Below, in pieces: positions 37,746 to 51,441 of a stretch of DNA of 64,000 nucleotides (its first letter is position 1; each line of letters begins with the position of its first letter). Under the pieces are notes generated by a model. The model saw only the letters and a list, made by a program, of their open reading frames with translations, had not been told where the DNA came from and ran no database searches. A program made the translations under genes and the position numbers. Source of the DNA: Nemertoderma westbladi (lineage: Eukaryota > Animalia > Xenacoelomorpha); assembly GCA_032718475.1 (NCBI GenBank), contig JAUCBJ010000044.1, positions 3,661-67,660 of the forward strand. Reading direction: 5' to 3'.

Positions 37746-40700
37746 GTTTATAGTGATAGATACCAAAACTCCATCTAAAATAAAAATAGTTTATAGAGAT
37801 AGATACCAAAACTTAATCTAAATAAAAATAGTTTGCAATGCTAGATACCAAAACTCCATCTAAAATAAAAATAGTTTGTAGAGATAGATACCAAAACTCC
37901 ATCTAAAATAAAAATAGTTTGTAGAGATAGATACCAAAACTCCATCTAAAATATAAATAGTTTGTAGAGATAGATAACAAAACTCCATCTAAAATAAAAA
38001 TAGTTTATAGAGATAGATACCAAAACTCCATCTAAAATAAAAATAGTTTGTAGAGATAGATACCAAAACTCCATCTAAAATAAAAATAGTTTGTAGAGAT
38101 AGATACCAAAACTACATCTAAAATAAAAATAGTTTGTAGAGATAGATACCAAAACTCCATCTAAAATAAAAATAGTTTGGTTTGTAGAAATAGATACCAA
38201 AACTCCATCTAAAATAAAAATAGTTTATAGAGATAGATACCAAAACTCCATCTAAAATAAAAATAGTTTATAGAGATAGATACCAAAACTCAATCTAAAA
38301 TAAAAATAGTTTGCAATGCTAGATACCAAAACTCCATCTAAAATAAAAATAGTTTGTAGAGATAGATACCAAAACTCCATCTAAAATAAAAATAGTTTGT
38401 AGAGATAGATACCAAAACTCCATCTAAAATAAAAATAGTTTGTAGAGATAGATACCAAAACTCCATCTAAAATAAAAATAGTTTGTAGAGATAGATACCA
38501 AAATTCCATCTAAAATAAAAATAGTTTGTAGAGATAGATACCAAAACTCCATCTAAAATAAAAATAGTTTGTAGAGATAGATACCAAAACTCCATCTAAA
38601 ATATAAATAGTTTGTAGAGATAGATACCAAAACTCCATCTAAAATATAAATAGTTTGTAGAGATAGATACCAAAACTCCATCTAAAATAAAAATAGTTAG
38701 TAGAGATAGATACCAAAACTCCATCTAAAATAAAAATAGTTTATAGAGATAGATACCAAAACTCCATCTAAAATAAAAATAGTTTGTAGAGATAGATACC
38801 AAAACTCCATCTAAAATAAAAATAGTTTATAGAGATAGATACCAAAACTCAATCTAAAATAAAAATAGTTTGCAATGCTAGATACCAAAACTCCATCTAA
38901 AATAAAAATAGTTAGTAGAGATAGATACCAAAACTCCATCTAAAATAAAAATAGTTTGTAGAGATAGATACCAAAACTCCATCTAAAATAAAAATAGTTT
39001 GTAGAGATAGATACCAAAACTCCATCTAAAATAAAAATAGTTAGTAGAGATAGATACCAAAACTCCATCTAAAATAAAAATAGTTTATAGAGATAGATAC
39101 CAAAACTCCATCTAAAATAAAAATAGTTTATAGAGATAGATACCAAAACTCAATCTAAAATAAAAATAGTTTGCAATGCCATCTAAAATAAAAATAGTTT
39201 GTTGAGATAGATACCAAAACTCCATCTAAAATAAATATAGTTTGTAGAGATAGATACCAAAACTCCATCTAAAATAAAAATAGTTTGTAGAGATAGATAC
39301 CAAAACTACATCTAAAATAAAAATAGTTTGTAGAGATAGATACCAAAACTCCATCTAAAATAAAAATAGTTTGTAGAGATAGATACCAAAACTCCATCTA
39401 AAATAAAAATAGTTAGTAGAGATAGATACCAAAACTCCATCTAAAATAAAAATAGTTTGTAGAGATAGATACCAAAACTCCATCTAAAATAAAAATAGTT
39501 AGTAGAGATAGATACCAAAACTCCATCTAAAATAAAAATAGTTTGTAGAGATAGATACCAAAACTCCATCTAAAATAAAAATAGTTTGTAGAGATAGATA
39601 CCAAAACTCCATCTAAAATAAAAATAGTTAGTAGAGATAGATACCAAAACTCCATCTAAAATAAAAATAGTTTATAGAGATAGATACCAAAACTCCATCT
39701 AAAATAAAAATAGTTTGCAATGCTAGATACCAAAACTCCATCTAAAATAAAAATAGTTAGTAGAGATAGATACCAAAACTCCATCTAAAATAAAAATAGT
39801 TTGTAGAGATAGATACCAAAACTCCATCTAAAATAAAAATAGTTTGTAGAGATAGATACCAAAACTCCATCTAAAATAAAAATAGTTAGTAGAGATAGAT
39901 ACCAAAACTCCATCTAAAATAAAAATAGTTTATAGAGATAGATACCAAAACTCCATCTAAAATAAAAATAGTTTATAGAGATAGATACCAAAACTCAATC
40001 TAAAATAAAAATAGTTTGCAATGCCATCTAAAATAAAAATAGTTTGTTGAGATAGATACCAAAACTCCATCTAAAATAAAAATAGTTTGTAGAGATAGAT
40101 ACCAAAACTCCATCTAAAATAAAAATAGTTTGTAGAGATAGATACCAAAACTACATCTAAAATAAAAATAGTTTGTAGAGATAGATACCAAAACTCCATC
40201 TAAAATAAAAATAGTTTAGAGTGATAGATACCAAAACTCAATCTAAAATAAAAATAGTTTGCAATGCCATCTAAAATAAAAATAGTTTGTTGAGATAGAT
40301 ACCAAAACTCCATCTAAAATAAAAATAGTTTGTAGAGATAGATACCAAAACTCAATCTAAAATAAAAATAGTTTGCAATGCCATCTAAAATAAAAATAGT
40401 TTGTTGAGATAGATACCAAAACTCCATCTAAAATAAAAATAGTTTGTAGAGATAGATACCAAAACTCCATCTAAAATAAAAATAGTTTGTAGAGATAGAT
40501 ACCAAAACTCCATCTAAAATAAAAATAGTTTGTAGAGATAGATACCAAAACTCCATCTAAAATAAAAATAGTTAGTAGAGATAGATACCAAAACTCCATC
40601 TAAAATAAAAATAGTTTGTAGAGATAGATACCAAAACTCCATCTAAAATAAAAATAGTTTGTAGAGATAGATAACAAAACTCCATCTAAAATAAAAATAG

Positions 40701-43700
40701 TTTGTAGAGATAGATACCAAAACTCCATCTAAAATAAAAATAGTTTGTAGAGATAGATACCAAAACTCCATCTAAAATAAAAATAGTTTGTAGAGATAGA
40801 TACCAAAACTCCATCTAAAATAAAAATAGTTTATAGTGATAGATACCAAAACTCCATCTAAAATAAAAATAGTTTATAGAGATAGATACCAAAACTTAAT
40901 CTAAAATAAAAATAGTTTGCAATGCTAGATACCAAAACTCCATCTAAAATAAAAATAGTTTGTAGAGATAGATACCAAAACTCCATCTAAAATAAAAATA
41001 GTTTATAGAGATAGATACCAAAACTCAATCTAAAATAAAAATAGTTTGCAATGCCATCTAAAATAAAAATAGTTTGTTGAGATAGATACCAAAACTCCAT
41101 CTAAAATAAAAATAGTTTGTAGAGATAGATACCAAAACTCCATCTAAAATAAAAATAGTTTGTAGAGATAGATACCAAAACTCCATCTAAAATAAAAATA
41201 GTTTGTAGAGATAGATACCAAAACTCCATCTAAAATAAAAATAGTTAGTAGAGATAGATACCAAAACTCCATCTAAAATAAAAATAGTTTGTAGAGATAG
41301 ATACCAAAACTCCATCTAAAATAAAAATAGTTTGCAATGCTAGATACCAAAACTCCATCTAAAATAAAAATAGTTAGTAGAGATAGATACCAAAACTCCA
41401 TCTAAAATAAAAATAGTTTGTAGAGATAGATACCAAAACTCCATCTAAAATAAAAATAGTTTGTAGAGATAGATACCAAAACTCCATCTAAAATAAAAAT
41501 AGTTAGTAGAGATAGATACCAAAACTCCATCTAAAATAAAAATAGTTTATAGAGATAGATACCAAAACTCCATCTAAAATAAAAATAGTTTATAGAGATA
41601 GATACCAAAACTCAATCTAAAATAAAAATAGTTTGCAATGCCATCTAAAATAAAAATAGTTTGTTGAGATAGATACCAAAACTCCATCTAAAATAAAAAT
41701 AGTTTGTAGAGATAGATACCAAAACTCCATCTAAAATAAAAATAGTTTGTAGAGATAGATACCAAAACTACATCTAAAATAAAAATAGTTTGTAGAGATA
41801 GATACCAAAACTCCATCTAAAATAAAAATAGTTTAGAGTGATAGATACCAAAACTCAATCTAAAATAAAAATAGTTTGCAATGCCATCTAAAATAAAAAT
41901 AGTTTGTTGAGATAGATACCAAAACTCCATCTAAAATAAAAATAGTTTGTAGAGATAGATACCAAAACTCAATCTAAAATAAAAATAGTTTGCAATGCCA
42001 TCTAAAATAAAAATAGTTTGTTGAGATAGATACCAAAACTCCATCTAAAATAAAAATAGTTTGTAGAGATAGATACCAAAACTCCATCTAAAATAAAAAT
42101 AGTTTGTAGAGATAGATACCAAAACTCCATCTAAAATAAAAATAGTTTGTAGAGATAGATACCAAAACTCCATCTAAAATAAAAATAGTTAGTAGAGATA
42201 GATACCAAAACTCCATCTAAAATAAAAATAGTTTGTAGAGATAGATACCAAAACTCCATCTAAAATAAAAATAGTTTGTAGAGATAGATAACAAAACTCC
42301 ATCTAAAATAAAAATAGTTTGTAGAGATAGATACCAAAACTCCATCTAAAATAAAAATAGTTTGTAGAGATAGATACCAAAACTCCATCTAAAATAAAAA
42401 TAGTTTGTAGAGATAGATACCAAAACTCCATCTAAAATAAAAATAGTTTATAGTGATAGATACCAAAACTCCATCTAAAATAAAAATAGTTTATAGAGAT
42501 AGATACCAAAACTTAATCTAAAATAAAAATAGTTTGCAATGCTAGATACCAAAACTCCATCTAAAATAAAAATAGTTTGTAGAGATAGATACCAAAACTC
42601 CATCTAAAATAAAAATAGTTTATAGAGATAGATACCAAAACTCAATCTAAAATAAAAATAGTTTGCAATGCCATCTAAAATAAAAATAGTTTGTTGAGAT
42701 AGATACCAAAACTCCATCTAAAATAAAAATAGTTTGTAGAGATAGATACCAAAACTCCATCTAAAATAAAAATAGTTTGTAGAGATAGATACCAAAACTC
42801 CATCTAAAATAAAAATAGTTTGTAGAGATAGATACCAAAACTCCATCTAAAATAAAAATAGTTAGTAGAGATAGATACCAAAACTCCATCTAAAATAAAA
42901 ATAGTTTGTAGAGATAGATACCAAAACTCCATCTAAAATAAAAATAGTTTATAGAGATAGATACCAAAACTCAATCTAAAATAAAAATAGTTTGCAATGC
43001 CATCTAAAATAAAAATAGTTTGTTGAGATAGATACCAAAACTCCATCTAAAATAAAAATAGTTTGTAGAGATAGATACCAAAACTCCATCTAAAATAAAA
43101 ATAGTTTGTAGAGATAGATACCAAAACTACATCTAAAATAAAAATAGTTTGTAGAGATAGATACCAAAACTCCATCTAAAATAAAAATAGTTTAGAGTGA
43201 TAGATACCAAAACTCAATCTAAAATAAAAATAGTTTGCAATGCCATCTAAAATAAAAATAGTTTGTTGAGATTGATACCAAAACTCCATCTAAAATAAAA
43301 ATAGTTTGTAGAGATAGATACCAAAACTCAATCTAAAATAAAAATAGTTTGCAATGCCATCTAAAATAAAAATAGTTTGTTGAGATAGATACCAAAACTC
43401 CATCTAAAATAAAAATAGTTTGTAGAGATAGATACCAAAACTCCATCTAAAATAAAAATAGTTTGTAGAGATAGATACCAAAACTCCATCTAAAATAAAA
43501 ATAGTTTGTAGAGATAGATACCAAAACTCCATCTAAAATAAAAATAGTTAGTAGAGATAGATACCAAAACTCCATCTAAAATAAAAATAGTTTGTAGAGA
43601 TAGATACCAAAACTCCATCTAAAATAAAAATAGTTTGTAGAGATAGATAACAAAACTCCATCTAAAATAAAAATAGTTTGTAGAGATAGATACCAAAACT

Positions 43701-46700
43701 CCATCTAAAATAAAAATAGTTTGTAGAGATAGATACCAAAACTCCATCTAAAATAAAAATAGTTTGTAGAGATAGATACCAAAACTCCATCTAAAATAAA
43801 AATAGTTTATAGTGATAGATACCAAAACTCCATCTAAAATAAAAATAGTTTATAGAGATAGATACCAAAACTTAATCTAAAATAAAAATAGTTTGCAATG
43901 CTAGATACCAAAACTCCATCTAAAATAAAAATAGTTTGTAGAGATAGATACCAAAACTCCATCTAAAATAAAAATAGTTTATAGAGATAGATACCAAAAC
44001 TCAATCTAAAATAAAAATAGTTTGCAATGCCATCTAAAATAAAAATAGTTTGTTGAGATAGATACCAAAACTCCATCTAAAATAAAAATAGTTTGTAGAG
44101 ATAGATACCAAAACTCCATCTAAAATAAAAATAGTTTGTAGAGATAGATACCAAAACTCCATCTAAAATAAAAATAGTTTGTAGAGATAGATACCAAAAC
44201 TCCATCTAAAATAAAAATAGTTAGTAGAGATAGATACCAAAACTCCATCTAAAATAAAAATAGTTTGTAGAGATAGATACCAAAACTCCATCTAAAATAA
44301 AAATAGTTTGTAGAGATAGATAACAAAACTCCATCTAAAATAAAAATAGTTTGTAGAGATAGATACCAAAACTCCATCTAAAATAAAAATAGTTTGTAGA
44401 GATAGATACCAAAACTCCATCTAAAATAAAAATAGTTTGTAGAGATAGATACCAAAACTCCATCTAAAATAAAAATAGTTTATAGTGATAGATACCAAAA
44501 CTCCATCTAAAATAAAAATAGTTTATAGAGATAGATACCAAAACTTAATCTAAAATAAAAATAGTTTGCAATGCTAGATACCAAAACTCCATCTAAAATA
44601 AAAATAGTTTGTAGAGATAGATACCAAAACTCCATCTAAAATAAAAATAGTTTATAGAGATAGATACCAAAACTCAATCTAAAATAAAAATAGTTTGCAA
44701 TGCTAGATACCAAAACTCCATCTAAAATAAAAATAGTTTGTAGAGATAGATACCAAAACTCCATCTAAAATAAAAATAGTTTGTAGAGATAGATACCAAA
44801 ACTCCATCTAAAATAAAAATAGTTTGTAGAGATAGATACCAAAACTCCATCTAAAATAAAAATAGTTTGTAGAGATAGATACCAAAATTCCATCTAAAAT
44901 AAAAATAGTTTGTAGAGATAGATACCAAAACTCCATCTAAAATAAAAATAGTTTGTAGAGATAGATACCAAAACTCCATCTAAAATATAAATAGTTTGTA
45001 GAGATAGATACCAAAACTCCATCTAAAATATAAATAGTTTGTAGAGATAGATACCAAAACTCCATCTAAAATAAAAATAGTTAGTAGAGATAGATACCAA
45101 AACTCCATCTAAAATAAAAATAGTTTATAGAGATAGATACCAAAACTCCATCTAAAATAAAAATAGTTTGTAGAGATAGATACCAAAACTCCATCTAAAA
45201 TAAAAATAGTTTATAGAGATAGATACCAAAACTCAATCTAAAATAAAAATAGTTTGCAATGCTAGATACCAAAACTCCATCTAAAATAAAAATAGTTAGT
45301 AGAGATAGATACCAAAACTCCATCTAAAATAAAAATAGTTTGTAGAGATAGATACCAAAACTCCATCTAAAATAAAAATAGTTTGTAGAGATAGATACCA
45401 AAACTCCATCTAAAATAAAAATAGTTAGTAGAGATAGATACCAAAACTCCATCTAAAATAAAAATAGTTTATAGAGATAGATACCAAAACTCCATCTAAA
45501 ATAAAAATAGTTTATAGAGATAGATACCAAAACTCAATCTAAAATAAAAATAGTTTGCAATGCCATCTAAAATAAAAATAGTTTGTTGAGATAGATACCA
45601 AAACTCCATCTAAAATAAAAATAGTTAGTAGAGATAGATACCAAAACTCTATCTAAAATAAAAATAGTTAGTAGAGATAGATACCAAAACTCCATCTAAA
45701 ATAAAAATAGTTTATAGAGATAGATACCAAAACTCCATCTAAAATAAAAATAGTTTATAGAGATAGATACCAAAACTCCATCTAAAATAAAAATAGTTTG
45801 TAGAGATAGATACCAAAACTCCATCTAAAATAAAAATAGTTTATAGAGATAGATACCAAAACTCAATCTAAAATAAAAATAGTTTGCAATGCTAGATACC
45901 AAAACTCCATCTAAAATAAAAATAGTTAGTAGAGATAGATACCAAAACTCCATCTAAAATAAAAATAGTTTGTAGAGATAGATACCAAAACTCCATCTAA
46001 AATAAAAATAGTTTATAGAGATAGATACCAAAACTCAATCTAAAATAAAAATAGTTTGCAATGCTAGATACCAAAACTCCATCTAAAATAAAAATAGTTA
46101 GTAGAGATAGATACCAAAACTCCATCTAAAATAAAAATAGTTTGTAGAGATAGATACCAAAACTCCATCTAAAATAAAAATAGTTTGTAGAGATAGATAC
46201 CAAAACTCCATCAAAATAAAAATAGTTAGTAGAGATAGATACCAAAACTCCATCTAAAATAAAAATAGTTAGTAGAGATAGATACCAAAACTCCATCTAA
46301 AATAAAAATAGTTTATAGAGATAGATACCAAAACTCCATCTAAAATAAAAATAGTTTATAGAGATAGATACTAAAACTCAATCTAAAATAAAAATAGTTT
46401 GCAATGCCATCTAAAATAAAAATAGTTTGTTGAGATAGATACCAAAACTCCATCTAAAATAAAAATAGTTAGTAGAGATAGATACCAAAACTCCATCTAA
46501 AATAAAAATAGTTAGTAGAGATAGATACCAAAACTCCATCTAAAATAAAAATAGTTTGTAGAGATAGATACCAAAACTCCATCTAAAATAAAAATAGTTT
46601 GTAGAGATAGATACCAAAACTACATCTAAAATAAAAATAGTTTGTAGAGATAGATACCAAAACTCCATCTAAAATAAAAATAGTTTGTAGAGATAGATAC

Positions 46701-49247
46701 CAAAACTCCATCTAAAATAAAAATAGTTAGTAGAGATAGATAACAAAACTCCATCTAAAATAAAAATAGTTTGTAGAGATAGATACCAAAACTCCATCTA
46801 AAATAAAAATAGTTTGTAGAGATAGATACCAAAACTCCATCTAAAATAAAAATAGTTTGTAGAGATAGATACCAAAACTCCATCTAAAATAAAAATAGTT
46901 AGTAGAGATAGATACCAAAACTCCATCTAAAATAAAAATAGTTTATAGAGATAGATACCAAAACTCCATCTAAAATAAAAATAGTTTATAGAGATAGATA
47001 CCAAAACTCAATCTAAAATAAAAATAGTTTGTAATGCCATCTAAAATAAAAATAGTTTGTTGAGATAGATACCAAAACTCCATCTAAAATAAAAATAGTT
47101 AGTAGAGATAGATACCAAAACTCTATCTAAAATAAAAATAGTTAGTAGAGATAGATACCAAAACTCCATCTAAAATAAACATAGTTTATAGAGATAGATA
47201 CCAAAACTCCATCTAAAATAAAAATAGTTTATAGAGATAGATACCAAAACTCCATCTAAAATAAAAATAGTTTGTAGAGATAGATACCAAAACTCCATCT
47301 AAAATAAAAATAGTTTATAGAGATAGATACCAAAACTCAATCTAAAATAAAAATAGTTTGCAATGCTAGATACCAAAACTCCATCTAAAATAAAAATAGT
47401 TAGTAGAGATAGATACCAAAACTCCATCTAAAATAAAAATAGTTTGTAGAGATAGATACCAAAACTCCATCTAAAATAAAAATAGTTTATAGAGATAGAT
47501 ACCAAAACTCAATCTAAAATAAAAATAGTTTGCAATGCTAGATACCAAAACTCCATCTAAAATAAAAATAGTTAGTAGAGATAGATACCAAAACTCCATC
47601 TAAAATAAAAATAGTTTGTAGAGATAGATACCAAAACTCCATCTAAAATAAAAATAGTTTGTAGAGATAGATACCAAAACTCCATCAAAATAAAAATAGT
47701 TAGTAGAGATAGATACCAAAACTCCATCTAAAATAAAAATAGTTAGTAGAGATAGATACCAAAACTCCATCTAAAATAAAAATAGTTTATAGAGATAGAT
47801 ACCAAAACTCCATCTAAAATAAAAATAGTTTATAGAGATAGATACTAAAACTCAATCTAAAATAAAAATAGTTTGCAATGCCATCTAAAATAAAAACAGT
47901 TTGTTGAGATAGATACCAAAACTCCATCTAAAATAAAAATAGTTAGTAGAGATAGATACCAAAACTCCATCTAAAATAAAAATAGTTAGTAGAGATAGAT
48001 ACCAAAACTCCATCTAAAATAAAAATAGTTTGTAGAGATAGATACCAAAACTCCATCTAAAATAAAAATAGTTTGTAGAGATAGATACCAAAACTACATC
48101 TAAAATAAAAATAGTTTGTAGAGATAGATACCAAAACTCCATCTAAAATAAAAATAGTTTGTAGAGATAGATACCAAAACTCCATCTAAAATAAAAATAG
48201 TTAGTAGAGATAGATAACAAAACTCCATCTAAAATAAAAATAGTTTGTAGAGATAGATACCAAAACTCCATCTAAAATAAAAATAGTTTGTAGAGATAGA
48301 TACCAAAACTCCATCTAAAATAAAAATAGTTTGTAGAGATAGATACCAAAACTCCATCTAAAATAAAAATAGTTTGTAGAGATAGATAACAAAACTCCAT
48401 CTAAAATAAAAATAGTTTGTAGAGATAGATACCAAAACTCCATCTAAAATAAAAATAGTTTGTAGAGATAGATACCAAAACTCCATCTAAAATAAAAATA
48501 GTTTGTAGAGATAGATACCAAAACTCCATCTAAAATAAAAATAGTTTATAGTGATAGATACCAAAACTCCATCTAAAATAAAAATAGTTTATAGAGATAG
48601 ATACCAAAACTTAATCTAAAATAAAAATAGTTTGCAATGCTAGATACCAAAACTCCATCTAAAATAAAAATAGTTTGTAGAGATAGATACCAAAACTCCA
48701 TCTAAAATAAAAATAGTTTGTAGAGATAGATACCAAAACTCCATCTAAAATATAAATAGTTTGTAGAGATAGATACCAAAACTCCATCTAAAATAAAAAT
48801 AGTTTATAGAGATAGATACCAAAACTCAATCTAAAATAAAAATAGTTTGTAATACTAGATACCAAAACTCCATCTAAAATAAAAAGAGTTTGTAGAGATA
48901 GATACCAAAACTCCATCTAAAATAAAAATAGTTTGTAGAGATAGATACCAAAACTACATCTAAAACAAAAATAGTTTGTAGAGATAGATACCAAAACTCC
49001 ATCTAAAATAAAAATAGTTTGTAGAGATAGATACCAAAACTCCATCTAAAATAAAAATAGTTTATAGAGATAGATACCAAAACTCCATCTAAAATAAAAA
49101 TAGTTTATAGAGATAGATACCAAAACTCAATCTAAAATAAAAATAGTTTGCAATGCTAGATACCAAAACTCCATCTAAAATAAAAATAGTTTGTAGAGAT
49201 AGATACCAAAACTCCATCTAAAATAAAAATAGTTTGTAGAGATAGAT

Positions 49248-49600
49248 AAACGATGTTGTTACCAATTGAGGGAAAGGAGCAGGTTACAGACGCGGGCTTT
49301 TCTAACCAAAACAATAAACGATATTGTTACCAATTGAGGGAAAGGTACAGGTTACATGGACGCTCTTTCTAACCAAAACAATAAACGATGTTGTTACCAA
49401 TTGAGTGAAAGGAGCAGGTTACAGAAGCGGGCTTTTCTAACCAAAACAATAAACGATGTTTTTACCAATTGAGGGAAAGGAGCAGGTTACAGAGGCGGGC
49501 TTTTGTAAACGAAACAATAAACGATGTTGTTGCCTACCAATCTAGGGAAAGGAGTAGGTTACAGAGGCGGGCTTTTCTAACCAAAACAATAAACGATGAT
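49248..49600. repeat. ~67-bp tandem repeat, about 5 copies
   Basis: AAACGATGTTGTTACCAATTGAGGGAAAGGAGCAGGTTACAGA..GCTTTTCTAACCAAAACAAT at about 49248, 49316, 49383, 49451 and 49518. Confidence 0.92.
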
Positions 49601-49834
49601 AATTTCATAAAAAAAATATTTTGAGATAATCGACCTTTCATTATACATAGTAATAGTAATTTCAATAGGATTCCCTAAATGGAAATTGTTATAACTTGAA
49701 AACTAAAAAAGCTATTAAATAGCGGCTTTCAGATTTGGAAACACCATTCAATGATGCATTATAATAAAAATAAAAAATTCTACATATTTTTGACCAAAAT
49801 GGTGTACCCCCCCCCCCCCCCCCCCCCCCCTTAA

Positions 49835-51441
49835 CCCTTTAGGTACTGAATATTCCCAAATAACATATAGTAATGCGCTGAAAATTTTTACAAATTAGAG
49901 CTGCCTTTGTCTGTTTGTCAGTTTGTCTGTTAAAAACTAAGTAAGCGTATCGTCATCCTGACATTTTCGCTTTGGGGGTTCTAAAGATCGGTGATTCCAT
50001 TTCTGATGTCAGTTTTTCCGTTTATCGAAATATACACTGTCTGTTTGTCTGTTTGTCCGTCTTTCTGTCAGTTTGTCTGTCAAAAATTAAGAAAGCATAC
50101 GATCAACCGGAAATTTTGGCTATGAGGGTTATCTTGGACGGTGGTTTCATTTCTGATGTCAGTTTGTACGTTTAACGAAATATACACTGTCTGTTTGTCC
50201 GTCTTTCTGTCAGTTTGTCTGTCAAAAATTAAGAAAGCATACGATCAACCGGAAATTTTGGCTATGGGGGTTTTCTTGGATGGTGGTTTCATTTCTTATG
50301 TCAGTTTGTATGTTTAACGAAATCTACACTGTCTGTTTGTCTGTTTGTCCGTCTTTCTGTCAGTTTGTCTGTCAAAAATTAAGAAAGCATACGATCAACC
50401 GGAAATTTTGGCTATGAGGGTTATCTTGGACGGTGGTTTCATTTCTGATGTCAGTTTGTACGTTTAACGAAATATACACTGTCTGTTTGTCCGTCTTTCT
50501 CTCAGTTTGTCTGTCAAAAATTAAGAAAGCATACGATCAACCGGAAATTTTGGCTATGGGGGTTTTCTTGGATGGTGGTTTCATTTCTTATGTCAGTTTG
50601 TATGTTTAACGAAATCTACACTGTCTGTTTGTCTGTTTGTCCGTCTTTCTGTCAGTTTGTCTGTCAAAAATTAAGAAAGCATACGATCAACCGAAAATTT
50701 TGGCTATGGGGTTTTCATGGACGGTGATTTCATTTCTGATGTCAATTTTTACGTTTAACGAAATCTACACTGTCTCTTTGTCCGTCTGTCTGTCAGTTTG
50801 TCTGTCAAAAACAGTAAAGTGAAATTATAGGCCTAGCCTAATTACTGGTAACTGACCTTGGCCTATGGCAATAAATGTCCAAAATCCCGCTAAATTTAAT
50901 AAATTATATTTGAGAATGTACTGTATATGATTGAGGCATCAGCAACTAACCGTAACCAGATCCCATTTTGAAAAAAAAAATGAAATTTTTGTCAATAATC
51001 AAAACACTAAACCAATACATAGGCCTACAATATTCCTAAACTGACCACCGCTACCGGTACCAGATGAAAGACTGGCAGGTGTAGAATGTTGGGGCTGAAA
51101 CAGGATAGAGCCCTATAAATTTCCAAAGTTCCAAAAACTATACCTTTATACTGTTACTGTTACTGTACTGTTACTGTTACTGTTACTATACCGTTACTGT
51201 ACCTACCGTACCGGTATGGTAAGAGTCACATATCTGCTAGTCAGGTGCAGTAAACTGGTACCGGTATCTAAAAAGATGTCCCTTGATGCACTAATAATAT
51301 AGCAGAGTGCTTAGAAATGCACTAAAGCTGAATAGAATAGCATAGGGTAACATTTAAAAGCATGGATCACCTGTATGATACATAGCGCTCTAGCAGACCA
51401 TTGCTTATGTATCACATGGGTGATCCATAGTACCTAAAGGG
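49835..51441. mobile_element. Non-autonomous piggyBac-like element
   Basis: TTAA|CCCTTTAGGTACT ... AGTACCTAAAGGG|TTAA: perfect 13-bp TIR with TTAA TSD; no transposase. Confidence 0.82.
49905..50812. repeat. 142/150-bp alternating tandem repeat with GTCT/GTTT/GTCC microsatellite (Helentron/HINE-like)
   Basis: GATCAACCG at 50101, 50243, 50393, 50535 and 50685; each unit has a (TGTC/TGTT)n tract. Confidence 0.8.

Larger units (their letters stand above)
24367..49248. repeat. 43-bp AT-rich satellite, roughly 420 copies in four blocks (24367-25899, 27015-31508, 34370-34889, 37746-49248)
   Basis: Unit GTAGAGATAGATACCAAAACTCCATCTAAAATAAAAATAGTTT, with recurring variants (TTAGTA, TTATA, GCAATGCTA, and a shortened GCAATGCCATC unit). 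Confidence 0.98.

Noticed and set aside
16410-49248. CRISPR array interpretation of the 47-bp and 43-bp repeats
   Set aside because: Units are head-to-tail with no unique spacers, there are no cas genes, and the context is eukaryotic.
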